From Gammaproteobacteria bacterium (GTDB lineage Bacteria > Pseudomonadota > Gammaproteobacteria > JABABF01): a DNA stretch of 64,000 nt. Position 1 is the first letter of the stretch, and the number at the start of each line of letters is the position of its first letter. The translations under genes were made by a program, and so were the position numbers. The stretch covers positions 96,001-160,000 of the forward strand of contig OZ250153.1 in NCBI GenBank assembly GCA_965237805.1. The letters run 5' to 3'. Positions 10,077-18,915 of the stretch are shown in pieces. The notes beneath the pieces are model-generated. The model worked only from the letters and a program-made list of their open reading frames with translations. It was not told the DNA's origin and searched no databases.

Positions 10077-10179
10077 CGGCTAAAATCTAGACCCCAAGTC
10101 AGCTGTGTCACCGCCCCAGACGAGCGGAGCATCGCCCGTTGCAGGAATAGGCTATAGCGCGGGCTGTAGCTGTCATGCC

Positions 10180-10758
10180 ATGATTCAACTATCGCTACCC
10201 ACCCTGTTCACCTTATTGCGCATCGCGTTGGCACCCTGTTTGGTGGTCGCGCTGTGCATGCCCGATGGGCGCGGCTGGCCAGCGGCGGCAATTTTTCTGT
10301 TGGCTATTGCCACTGACTGGCTGGATGGTTATCTGGCCCGCCGTCTGAAATTGGAGACGGCTTTCGGAGCCTTTCTCGACCCGGTGGCAGACAAGATCTT
10401 GGTCGCCACCGCGCTGGTCTTGTTGTCGGCGATCATGCACTCGCTGTGGTTTGCCGTGCCAGCGGCGATTATCGTCGGGCGCGAAATCGCTGTATCGGCG
10501 CTGCGCGAATGGATGGCCAGCGGCAAACAACGTCCCTCAGTGCTGCGCATCGCCAAGTATAAGACGATTTTTCAATACATCGCGATTACCTTGTTTTTGC
10601 TGTTGAGCGACGATAAGGCAACGGGGGCGATGGATGCCATGGATCAGATGGAATTGCAGATGGTTGCCTATGCCATGCTCTATACAGCTGCTGGGCTGAC
10701 ACTCTATTCAATGGCCCGCTATTTAGTTGCCGCTTGGCGGCAACGCCAGCGAGCCTAG
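10180..10758 (+). CDS. pgsA: CDP-diacylglycerol--glycerol-3-phosphate 3-phosphatidyltransferase
   Basis: TDWLDGYLAR...FGAFLDPVADK motif; follows uvrC. Confidence 0.95.
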   Translation: MIQLSLPTLFTLLRIALAPCLVVALCMPDGRGWPAAAIFLLAIATDWLDGYLARRLKLETAFGAFLDPVADKILVATALVLLSAIMHSLWFAVPAAIIVGREIAVSALREWMASGKQRPSVLRIAKYKTIFQYIAITLFLLLSDDKATGAMDAMDQMELQMVAYAMLYTAAGLTLYSMARYLVAAWRQRQRA

Positions 10759-10833
10759 CGGTGTCGCCAGCCGTCTCCGGGCGGCTGGGATAGCTTGCAG
10801 CGGCTCCTTAGCACAGCTGGAATTTGGCGGCAA

Positions 10834-10907
10834 GGCTGGATGGCAGAGTGGTCATGTAGCGGACTGCAACTCCGTGTACGCCGGTTCGATTCCGGCTCCA
10901 GCCTCCA
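10834..10907 (+). tRNA. tRNA-Cys(GCA)
   Basis: GGCTGGA/TCCAGCC acceptor stem, GCGGA-CTGCAAC-TCCGT anticodon arm, GGTTCGATTCC T arm, encoded CCA. Confidence 0.96.
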
Positions 10908-10926
10908 TGTCCAGCGGAAGCAGAGC

Positions 10927-11260
10927 TGGTGCGGGGAGCGGGACTTGAACCCGCATGGGGCGATCGCCCCGGCAGATTTTCATCGCCGCCACGGCTTTCG
11001 CCGCCGGGTTGTGTTCCGTTTGGGCGCTGGACTTTGCCTTCGCCGTATCCCGCTAAGCGGGACTTAGGCGGGTGCCGTCAAGTCTCTACACCTTGCCCCG
11101 TATCGCGGCCTTGGCACGGCGTTGCCATCAGCCAGCGGTGGGAGCTACCTGTCGCTGTTGTTAAGGGTTCGCCGTTTTTGACACCTTCTACACCGCGGAT
11201 TTCTCCGCGGGCACTCAATTGCTTTAAGTCTGCTGCGTCTACCGATTCCGCCATCCCCGC
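10927..11260 (-). tRNA. tRNA-Leu(UAA), split by a group I intron (exons 11260-11226 and 10980-10927)
   Basis: Joined exons give GCGGGGA/TCCCCGC acceptor stem, GCAGA-CTTAAAA-TCTGC anticodon arm, long variable arm, GGTTCAAGTCC T arm and ACCA end. Confidence 0.95.
10981..11225 (-). ncRNA. Group I (IC3) self-splicing intron, 245 nt, no homing endonuclease ORF
   Basis: Inserted U^AA in the anticodon; ends in G; P1 ACUU/GAGU with U.G at the splice site; P2 CCGCGGA-GAAA-UCCGCGG; P4 ACGGCG/CGCCGU; P7 GACU/AGUC; core GGCAACGCC..GGUGUAGAGACU..AGUCC; P9 CGGC-GAAA-GCCG. Confidence 0.95.
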
Positions 11261-11383
11261 TCGTGACCATTGTAGCCCAGCCCCTAGACAATGCCATCGA
11301 TTGACGCTAGCATGAGCGCTTGAGGTTGGTAGCGTCTTCGCTGCCATTGAGAATACGGCTCGAGAGACAACAAGGGGGTGCCC

Positions 11384-12766
11384 ATGAGTAGCGACGATGC
11401 CACTGCAACCACCATCGATTACCGCCAAGCGCCCGATAATCGGGTGCTGTCGCATCTTCCTGGGAGCTATGGTTGGCCCTTTGTAGGACACGCATTGCGA
11501 GCCCGGAACGACCTGCTTGGTTTTCTGCGCACGCAACACGATCGCTACGGCAAGCTGTCGCGTACCGGCTTTGGGCGGCAACGTACCGTGCTGGCTTTGG
11601 GGCCGGAGCTGAGTCAGAAAATTTTTCTCGACCGAGAACAAAACTTCTCTAATCAAATGGGCTATGAGCGCAATATGGCCCCCTTTTTCGGCGGCGGTCT
11701 GATGCTGCGAGATTTTCAAGAGCACCGCATACACCGCCGCATCATGCAGAGCGCTTTCAAATTCGACACCCTCAAGCTGTATCTGCCGCTGATGCATGAG
11801 ATGCTCAGCGCGGGCATGGAGCGTTGGCTACAACAGCCACAAGTTTATTTTCATCACGAAATCAAGGAGCTATTGTTGCGGGTGGCTGCGCGCATTTTTC
11901 TCGGTGTCAAGGAGGATATGGGTGATGAGCTGCAACAACTCAACACAGCTTTCCTCGATAGCGTCGCGGCCTTGAGTTCGGTAGTGCACATAAATTTTCC
12001 TGGCTTCCCATTTCACAGCGGCCGCCGCGGTAGGCGCTTCCTCTACAGTTATTTTTCTGCTCGGGTGCCAGCTCGGCGTAGCTCCGACAGCAACGATATG
12101 TTCACGCTGTTTGCCCATGAGCGCGACGAAGCTGGCGAGTTGTTCTCCGATGACGATGTCGTGCGGCACGTCATCTTCCTGACCATGGCGGCTCACGACA
12201 CCACTACCAGTGCACTGTCCAGCTGCATGGCGGAGTTGGTGCAACAGCCTGATTGGCAGCAGCGCCTGCGTGAAGAGAGCAATGATCTACTGGACGGTCC
12301 GTTGCAATATGAAGACATGGCGAAGCTCGAGTTGATGGATCGCTTCATGCACGAGACTCTTCGTGTGCACAGCCCGGTGCCGATGTCGATGCGGCGTACG
12401 GTGCGCGATTGCGAACTCGGCGGCAAGGACATCCCGGCCCATTCGATGGTGGCCGTGGCCCCGGCTTTTAGCCATTATATGGACGATTTCTGGACGGAGC
12501 CCGAGCGTTTCGACCCCGAGCGTTTTGCTCCGGAGCGCGAGGAACACAAGCGTCATTCTTTCAACTACATCCCCTTCGGCGGCGGTGCCCACAAATGCAT
12601 CGGGATGCACTTCGCCATGATGCAGATCAAATGCTTCCTGTCAAATTTTCTGCGTGACTACGAGGCTGAGCTGCCAGCAGGCTACCAGCTGCCGATCAAT
12701 TTCCAGCATCTGCCTTTCCCAGCTCCCAAAGACCATCTGCCACTGCTGATAAAAAAGCTGGGCTAG
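11384..12766 (+). CDS. Cytochrome P450 (CYP136-like)
   Basis: AAHDTT I-helix, ETLR (ExxR), PERF, heme ligand FGGGAHKCIG. Confidence 0.93.
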   Translation: MSSDDATATTIDYRQAPDNRVLSHLPGSYGWPFVGHALRARNDLLGFLRTQHDRYGKLSRTGFGRQRTVLALGPELSQKIFLDREQNFSNQMGYERNMAPFFGGGLMLRDFQEHRIHRRIMQSAFKFDTLKLYLPLMHEMLSAGMERWLQQPQVYFHHEIKELLLRVAARIFLGVKEDMGDELQQLNTAFLDSVAALSSVVHINFPGFPFHSGRRGRRFLYSYFSARVPARRSSDSNDMFTLFAHERDEAGELFSDDDVVRHVIFLTMAAHDTTTSALSSCMAELVQQPDWQQRLREESNDLLDGPLQYEDMAKLELMDRFMHETLRVHSPVPMSMRRTVRDCELGGKDIPAHSMVAVAPAFSHYMDDFWTEPERFDPERFAPEREEHKRHSFNYIPFGGGAHKCIGMHFAMMQIKCFLSNFLRDYEAELPAGYQLPINFQHLPFPAPKDHLPLLIKKLG

Positions 12767-12807
12767 TTCCCAGCTGGTTCTCTTAGGGTGGCGTTGCGGG
12801 GCAGTCT

Positions 12808-13587
12808 ATGCTGCGCGTGATCACATTCAATGCCAACGGCATCCGTGCGGCTGCTCGCAAAGGCTTTTTTGAATGGTTGGCGCGGCAGCGCGCCGATGTG
12901 GTCTGTGTGCAGGAGACGCGGGCGCGTGAGGAACAGCTCGATGCCCGCCACTTTTACCCAACCGGTTATCAATGCTGGTACTACGAGGCCCAAACCCCGG
13001 GCTACAGCGGCACCGCGTTGTACAGCCGCGTCGCGCCCAAGCAGCTCAGTCGCGGCATGGGTTGGGATCCGATGGATTCGGAGGCGCGTTGTTTGCGCGC
13101 CGATTACTCGCAGCTGAGCATCCTATCTCTGTACCTGCCATCGGGCTCATCAGGGCCGGAAAAACAAGAGAAAAAATTCTTTGTAATGAATAGATTATAT
13201 GAAGAATTTAAGGTGATAATAGAGTCTGGTCTGGAGTGTATACTCTGCGCTGACTGGAATATTTGTCACCGCCCCATCGATCTGAAAAACTGGCGTGCCA
13301 ACCAAGGCAATTCTGGTTTCCTGCCCGAAGAGCGTGCGTGGATGGGAAGCTTGCTGGAAGAGCAGGGCTGGGTGGACAGTTTCCGCGCCTTGCACCCCGA
13401 GCTGGCAGCCTACACTTGGTGGTCCAACCGCGGGCGGGCGCGCGAAAATAATATCGGCTGGCGTCTCGACTACCAGCTGGTCACGCCGCAGCTGGCGCGG
13501 GCGGTGCGCGGTGCCGAGATCTGCCGTTCGCCACAATTCTCAGATCATGCGCCGTTGATCATGGATTATGATGTCAGTCTCAGTTAG
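12808..13587 (+). CDS. xth: Exodeoxyribonuclease III / AP endonuclease
   Basis: NANGIRAA, QET, DWN, GWRLDY, SDHAP catalytic residues intact. Confidence 0.9.
   Translation: MLRVITFNANGIRAAARKGFFEWLARQRADVVCVQETRAREEQLDARHFYPTGYQCWYYEAQTPGYSGTALYSRVAPKQLSRGMGWDPMDSEARCLRADYSQLSILSLYLPSGSSGPEKQEKKFFVMNRLYEEFKVIIESGLECILCADWNICHRPIDLKNWRANQGNSGFLPEERAWMGSLLEEQGWVDSFRALHPELAAYTWWSNRGRARENNIGWRLDYQLVTPQLARAVRGAEICRSPQFSDHAPLIMDYDVSLS
13161..13220. other. Intragenic AT-rich island in xth
   Basis: 12/60 GC (20%); codons AAA AAA TTC TTT GTA ATG AAT AGA TTA TAT GAA GAA TTT AAG GTG ATA ATA. Confidence 0.85.
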
Positions 13588-13608
13588 CCGCCGCGAGGGC
13601 ATACCCTC

Positions 13609-13968
13609 ATGTTGATTAGTCTCAGCCAAGCGCAGGATGCCGCAGCATCGGGTGCCTCGGGTAGTTTGCTGTTCCAACTTTTTTTCCTGAGTTCGATTTT
13701 CGCCATTTTTTACTTTCTGCTAATCCGTCCCCAACGCCAACGCCAACGCGAACACGAGATGATGGTCAACACCATCGACAAGGGGACCGAACTGGTGACC
13801 AGCGGTGGTTTGGTCGGACAGGTGACAGCGGTGGAGGGCGACTACCTGCGCCTGCGCGTCGCCACCGACACCGAGCTGTTGTTGCAGCGCCAGTCGGTGC
13901 ATGCTGTATTGCCCAAAGGCACGCTCAAATCGCTCCCACTATCGTGTTTTCAAGCCCGCCGCGCCTGA
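13609..13968 (+). CDS. yajC: Preprotein translocase subunit YajC
   Basis: FYFLLIRPQ, VTSGGLVG, VLPKGTLK. Confidence 0.93.
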   Translation: MLISLSQAQDAAASGASGSLLFQLFFLSSIFAIFYFLLIRPQRQRQREHEMMVNTIDKGTELVTSGGLVGQVTAVEGDYLRLRVATDTELLLQRQSVHAVLPKGTLKSLPLSCFQARRA

Positions 13969-14963
13969 AACTCTGCGCTGCGCCGACCCCCTTTGCGCCA
14001 CTACCCACGCTGAGTCGCGAGTTGGGTGGGCCGCGCCTGTGGGTCAAACGCGACGATTGCACCGGTGTGGTGGGCAGCGGCAACAAGCTGCGCAAATTAG
14101 AATTTATCGCCGCCGAGGCTATCGCCGACAGCTGTGACACCTTGATCAGCTGTGGTGGCGTGCAGTCGAACCACTGTCGCACCATCGCCTGGGTTGGTGC
14201 CCGTCTCGGCCTGCGGGTGCATTTGTTGCTGCGGCTCGACGGCGAGGCCGCTACGGCAGATACGCCGGACGGCAATCTGCTGTTGAGCCGGCTTTTTGGT
14301 GCCCGTGTTGAATGCTTTGAGCGCGCCGACTATCAGCGCCGACTGGAGCAGCTGATGCAGCTGCGCGCCGAGGAATACGCGGCCCGAGGGCACCGTGCCC
14401 GTATCGTGCCCACCGGTGCCAGCGATGCCACCGGCGTGTGGGGCTATGTCGAGGCCTGCCGCGAGCTGGTGCAGGATTTTCGTCGCCGCGGCATCGCCCC
14501 GCGTCATTTGGTCGTGGCCACTGGTTCGGGTGGCACCTTGGCCGGGCTGACGGCGGGCATTGCCCTGACGGGTCTGAAATTGCGTGTCTGGGGGGTCAAT
14601 ATTTGCGATGATCGTGCTTGGTTCGAGGCCAAAGTACACTCTGACCTCGAAGCTTGGGTGCGCCGTTACGCTCAGTCGCCAGCGCTGGCCCAGCATCCGG
14701 TGCACATCATCGAAGGCTATGCTGGCCCCGGCTACGCACGCTGTGAGGCACCGGTTTGGGCGACCATAGGACGCGTCGCAGCCAGCGAGGGATTAGTGCT
14801 CGATCCGGTCTATACCGGCAAGGCTTTCCACGCTCTACTGGCGGAATGGGACAGCGGTCGATTCGATGGTGGTGACGATATTGTCTTTCTACACACCGGG
14901 GGTATCTTCGGCCTGTTCCCGCAACGTGAGCAACTGCGAGCCAGCGTGCCGTCGCTCGGCTGA
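13944..14963 (+). CDS. D-cysteine desulfhydrase / ACC deaminase family PLP enzyme
   Basis: VKRDD, GNKLRKLEF, GGVQSNHCR, GSGGT, LDPVYTGKA, FLHTGG. Confidence 0.9.
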   Translation: MFSSPPRLKLCAAPTPFAPLPTLSRELGGPRLWVKRDDCTGVVGSGNKLRKLEFIAAEAIADSCDTLISCGGVQSNHCRTIAWVGARLGLRVHLLLRLDGEAATADTPDGNLLLSRLFGARVECFERADYQRRLEQLMQLRAEEYAARGHRARIVPTGASDATGVWGYVEACRELVQDFRRRGIAPRHLVVATGSGGTLAGLTAGIALTGLKLRVWGVNICDDRAWFEAKVHSDLEAWVRRYAQSPALAQHPVHIIEGYAGPGYARCEAPVWATIGRVAASEGLVLDPVYTGKAFHALLAEWDSGRFDGGDDIVFLHTGGIFGLFPQREQLRASVPSLG

Positions 14964-14970
14964 GCGGTGC

Positions 14971-16056
14971 TCAGCGGTAGCAGCGCTCGACGCGTGCGCC
15001 GAGGCCGCTCAGCAACTCGTAGCTGAGTCGGCCTGCCGCCGCCGCCACCTCAGCGACTGGCAGCTCGGGCCCCCATAGCGTCAGCACATCGCCGGGCTCT
15101 GCTTCGGCACCATCGAGCAGGCGGAAGCTGGTCATGTCCATTGAAACTTGGCCGACACTGGCGGTGACCAGTTGCCCGCGCAATAGGGCGGGTAGCGAGC
15201 GATCGCGCACACAGGGATAGCCATCGCCGTAGCCGATGGCGACGGTAGCCACTGTGCAGGGTTCGGGACAGCGCCAGTGGCCGCCGTAACCCACCGCCTC
15301 GCCAGCATCCAGCTGCCGCACCGCCAGCACCGGTGCCTCCAGCTGCAACACGGCGCGCAAAGTGCAATCGCCGGGGAGCTGCAGTGGGTTGACCCCGTAG
15401 AGCGCCAAGCCGGGGCGCAGCCAACCGCGCCGCAGCTGCGGGTGGTTGAGCAGGGCGGCCGAGTTGGACAGGCTGCTGAGCGGAGTGTCGCTGTATTGCT
15501 CAAACAGTGCCAGCTGTCGTGCGGTGTCTGCATCGCCGGGCTCGCGCTCGGCACAGCTGAGATGGGTCATGCCAATCACTTCGCCGACTTGGCTGGCGGC
15601 ACGCAGGCGTGACAATGCTGCGCCGTACTGCTTCGGTGCCAAGCCGAGGCGGTGCATGCCGCTGTCCAGTTTGAGCCATATATTCAGCCGCCTCGTCGGT
15701 GGGGCATCGAGCACTGCCACCACCCCCGGCTCGTTGTGCACCACCAAGTCGAACTGGTGATGCTGGCATTGCGCCACGGTCTCGGCGTTGCCCGGTGCTG
15801 CCATCACCACGGTGCGCGTGTTGCAACCGGCGCGCCGCAAGGCCAGTGCTTCCTCGATGCGTGCGACACCCAGCGCGTCGACCTTGTCAGCCAGCGCCTC
15901 GGCCACTGGCAACAGGCCGTGGCCGTAGGCGTTGGCCTTGACCACAGCCAGCAGCTGGGTCGCTGGTGCCAAGCGTCGCAACTGTGCCACATTGTGGTGT
16001 AGCGCCGCAAGATCGATGAGCGCCCTCGGTGCCGATAGCATGCTTTGCTCTTCCAT
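14971..16056 (-). CDS. alr: Alanine racemase
   Basis: AVVKANAYGHG, KLDSGMHRLG, RPGLALYG, GYGDGY, SMDM; start codon uncertain (16056 or 16041). Confidence 0.95.
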   Translation of the reverse strand: MEEQSMLSAPRALIDLAALHHNVAQLRRLAPATQLLAVVKANAYGHGLLPVAEALADKVDALGVARIEEALALRRAGCNTRTVVMAAPGNAETVAQCQHHQFDLVVHNEPGVVAVLDAPPTRRLNIWLKLDSGMHRLGLAPKQYGAALSRLRAASQVGEVIGMTHLSCAEREPGDADTARQLALFEQYSDTPLSSLSNSAALLNHPQLRRGWLRPGLALYGVNPLQLPGDCTLRAVLQLEAPVLAVRQLDAGEAVGYGGHWRCPEPCTVATVAIGYGDGYPCVRDRSLPALLRGQLVTASVGQVSMDMTSFRLLDGAEAEPGDVLTLWGPELPVAEVAAAAGRLSYELLSGLGARVERCYR

Positions 16057-16143
16057 GGTCAAAAGCGCTGGCGAAATACGGCTACTGGCAGCTTATAGTG
16101 TAGCGCTTGAGCACTGCGGGACTGCAAGCAAGGGTCAGGGCTG

Positions 16144-17127
16144 TTGAGCGTTTCCACCAACCAGCGACTTGTCGTCGCCATTTCCTCGCGGGCGCTATTC
16201 GATCTGGCCGAGAGTCACCGCATCTACCAAAGCGAGAGCTTGGCGGCCTACTCGCGCTATCAGATCGAACACGAGGACATCCCGCTTGCTCCAGGTGTCG
16301 CTTTTCCCTTGGTTAGCAAGCTGCTCAAGCTGAATCGCTTGCTCGAGGACGTGCCGACCAGCATCGAGGTGATTTTGCTCTCGCGCAACAGCGCTGACAC
16401 TGGCTTGCGGGTGCTGAATTCGATTCGCCATCACGAGCTCGATATCAGCCGTGCGGCGTTTTGCGGTGGCCAGCAGCCATGGCGCTATGTGCAGCCTTTC
16501 CAATGTGATCTGTTTCTGTCCACTGAGGCTGCAGACGTACGGGCTGCACTGGAGCGCGGCGTCGCCGCCGCCACCATGCTGTCTCCCCCGAGTACACAGG
16601 AGCCAGCCCAGTCGGCGCTGTGCTTCGCCTTCGATGGCGACGCGGTGATTTTTTCTGATGACTCCGAGCGTTTATTCCAGCGCGAGCAGCTGGAGCGCTT
16701 TGCCAAAAGTGAGGCAGCGGCGGCGCGGGAACCGATGGACGGCGGCCCCTTCAAGGGTTTTCTGGCCTCCCTGCAGGGTTTGCAAGCGGCGCTCGCGCAA
16801 CGCCAGCTCGATGGCGCGCTGCGCACCGCTCTGTTCACTGCACGCTCGGCACCGGCCGATGAGCGCGTCATCCGCACGCTGCGAGCTTGGGACATCCGCG
16901 TCGATGAGATCCTCTTTCTGGGCGGACGCAAAAAGGGGCCGTTCCTGAGTGCCTACGGTGCCGATGTGTTTTTCGACGACCAGCTAGAACACTGTGCTAG
17001 CGCGCAGCGCGAGCAGGTGGCTGCCGGGCATGTGCCCTACGGGCCGGTGGGTGCGGAGCAGGATGCGGCTGACAGTGCGGCGGTGTCGCTGGTCGGCGCG
17101 GGGCATTCAGAGGAGAATGAAGCGTAA
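16144..17127 (+). CDS. 5'-nucleotidase (cN-I-like family)
   Basis: LVVAISSRALFDL, AFDGDAVIFSD, TARSAP, FFDDQ. Confidence 0.9.
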   Translation: MSVSTNQRLVVAISSRALFDLAESHRIYQSESLAAYSRYQIEHEDIPLAPGVAFPLVSKLLKLNRLLEDVPTSIEVILLSRNSADTGLRVLNSIRHHELDISRAAFCGGQQPWRYVQPFQCDLFLSTEAADVRAALERGVAAATMLSPPSTQEPAQSALCFAFDGDAVIFSDDSERLFQREQLERFAKSEAAAAREPMDGGPFKGFLASLQGLQAALAQRQLDGALRTALFTARSAPADERVIRTLRAWDIRVDEILFLGGRKKGPFLSAYGADVFFDDQLEHCASAQREQVAAGHVPYGPVGAEQDAADSAAVSLVGAGHSEENEA

Positions 17128-17886
17128 CCCCATCGCGCCCAAAATCAATACCAATAAGATTCGCAATACAGCCTGCGGCATGATGATGCTGAGGCGGGTG
17201 CCCAGATAGACCATCGGCAGGGCACCGCAGAGCAGTCCCAGTAACAGCTTGAAATCGACATTGCCGAGTAGCAGCCAGTGGCTGAGACCGGCGATCAGGG
17301 TTAACGGCACGGCGTGCGCTAATTCGGTGCCGATCACCTCCGATGGAGTGAGTTTGGGATACAGATGGAGTAGCACGGCGGTGCCGATGGCACCGGCACC
17401 TACCGATGACAGCGTGACCAACACGCCGAGTACAACGCCGACCGCAATGGTCATCAACCGCGGTAACTGCCAATCGGGTTGCGGGTGTTGCAGCTGACCC
17501 AACCGCTGCAGCCAAGGGCGCAACAGCAGCACGGTGGCGGTGCCGAGCAACATGACACCGAGGCTCAATTGCAACAGCGCGTCGTAGTTGTGTTGGCCGT
17601 CGAAGATCCACAGTAGTAGCGTGGCGGTCAGGGCTGCGGCGGGCAGGCTGCCACAGGCCAGCAACAGGGCGATGGGCCAGCGGATCGTGCCGTGGCGGTG
17701 GTGGGCGAGCACGCCGCCAGCTTTGGTCACGGCGGCGTAGAGCAGGTCGGTGCCGATGGCGATGCGCAACGGATAGCCCATGAAGGAAAGCAGTGGGGTC
17801 ATCAGAGAGCCGCCGCCGATACCGGTGGCCCCGATGGCCAAGCCGACGACACCACCGGCCAGCAAATTTTGTAAAAATTCGTTCAT
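17107..17886 (-). CDS. TauE/SafE family sulfite exporter
   Basis: GATGIGGGSLMTP, AIGTDLLYA, SSVGAGAIG repeated halves; downstream of cysH. Confidence 0.9.
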   Translation of the reverse strand: MNEFLQNLLAGGVVGLAIGATGIGGGSLMTPLLSFMGYPLRIAIGTDLLYAAVTKAGGVLAHHRHGTIRWPIALLLACGSLPAAALTATLLLWIFDGQHNYDALLQLSLGVMLLGTATVLLLRPWLQRLGQLQHPQPDWQLPRLMTIAVGVVLGVLVTLSSVGAGAIGTAVLLHLYPKLTPSEVIGTELAHAVPLTLIAGLSHWLLLGNVDFKLLLGLLCGALPMVYLGTRLSIIMPQAVLRILLVLILGAMGLRFILL

Positions 17887-17952
17887 ACCCGCCCGCACAC
17901 GGCACCAGCCAGCGCTGTGTGGCAGCGCTGGCTCATCTTGTTGCCGACCAGG

Positions 17953-18723
17953 CTATCGGACACCGTTGGTGGTGGCTAATTGATCTGATGTGATATGTAG
18001 GCCGCACTCTTTTTTGGTCGCCTCTTCCCACCACCAGCGGCCAGCACGCTCGTGCTCACCGGGGAGCACCGCCCGCGTGCAGGGCTCGCATCCGATGCTG
18101 ATATAGCCGCGATTGTGCAATTCATTGTGGGGCACTTCAAAGGCGCGTATATAGGCCCAGATCTCCTCGGAGCGCATCGCTGCCAGCGGGTTGAACTTCA
18201 GTCGTAGCGGGGTGCCGACGGCCAGCGGGTCGCGCTCGACGATTTTGATGGTGGCGCGTGTGTCGGGACTCTGGTCACGACGCTGACCAGTGATCCAAGC
18301 GTCAAACTGTGCCAGCTTGCGTCGCAGCGGTGCCGTCTTGCGCACATCGCAACACTCTTGATGACCATCCCGGTAAAAGCTGTAGAGCCCCTTGTCGCGC
18401 ACCAGCTGCTCCAGCACCTCGGCATCGGGCGAGAGCATTTCGATTTTGAGTTGGTAATGTTCGCGCACGCGCTCTATAAAACGATAGGTCTCTGGATGCA
18501 GACGCCCGGTATCCAAGCAGAAGACAGCGAAGCGATCGGCCGCAGCTTCCTTCAATGCCATATCGATCAGTACCACATCCTCTGCACCGCTGAAAGCGAT
18601 GGCGATGGAGCCTTGGTATTCGAAAGCGGCATGCAATACATCGCGCGCTCCAGCACTCTCCAAGCGGTTCGCCAGCGCAGTGATTTCGGCCTCGGTGGCG
18701 GGCAGTGGTGGGGCGGGGGGCAT
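17953..18723 (-). CDS. cysH: APS/PAPS reductase (Fe-S type)
   Basis: FSGAED, DTGRLH, ECCDVRK and SIGCEPCT cluster ligands, GRWWWE, ECGLH; start uncertain. Confidence 0.94.
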   Translation of the reverse strand: MPPAPPLPATEAEITALANRLESAGARDVLHAAFEYQGSIAIAFSGAEDVVLIDMALKEAAADRFAVFCLDTGRLHPETYRFIERVREHYQLKIEMLSPDAEVLEQLVRDKGLYSFYRDGHQECCDVRKTAPLRRKLAQFDAWITGQRRDQSPDTRATIKIVERDPLAVGTPLRLKFNPLAAMRSEEIWAYIRAFEVPHNELHNRGYISIGCEPCTRAVLPGEHERAGRWWWEEATKKECGLHITSDQLATTNGVR

Positions 18724-18915
18724 CGAATCATCTGGGGTAGGTTTGGAGAACAAAATATTATACGCCTTGTCTCACTGGCCTCAGTCTTGCAGTGCCCCCG
18801 ATGTGTACATTTGCCTAGATGGTCTGCGGGCGCTAAAGTAATGCTCCAACACAGCGATATATTGCTGATTGCCGCGCGCTCAGTGGCGCACGATGACCGG
18901 TAGGGTTGCCTGCAG

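Noticed and set aside
10800-10822. GGCTCCTTAGCACAGCTGG resembles the 5' end of a tRNA where tRNA-Gly would be expected
   Set aside because: No D-stem partner, anticodon arm or T arm; cannot be distinguished from chance, at most a remnant.
10929-11315. ORFs overlapping the intron as a possible homing endonuclease
   Set aside because: No LAGLIDADG, HNH or GIY-YIG motifs; they are incidental frames over structured RNA.
12808-13587. Possible Crc catabolite repression protein
   Set aside because: Catalytic residues (QE, DWN, SDH) are intact, unlike Crc, so it is called exonuclease III.
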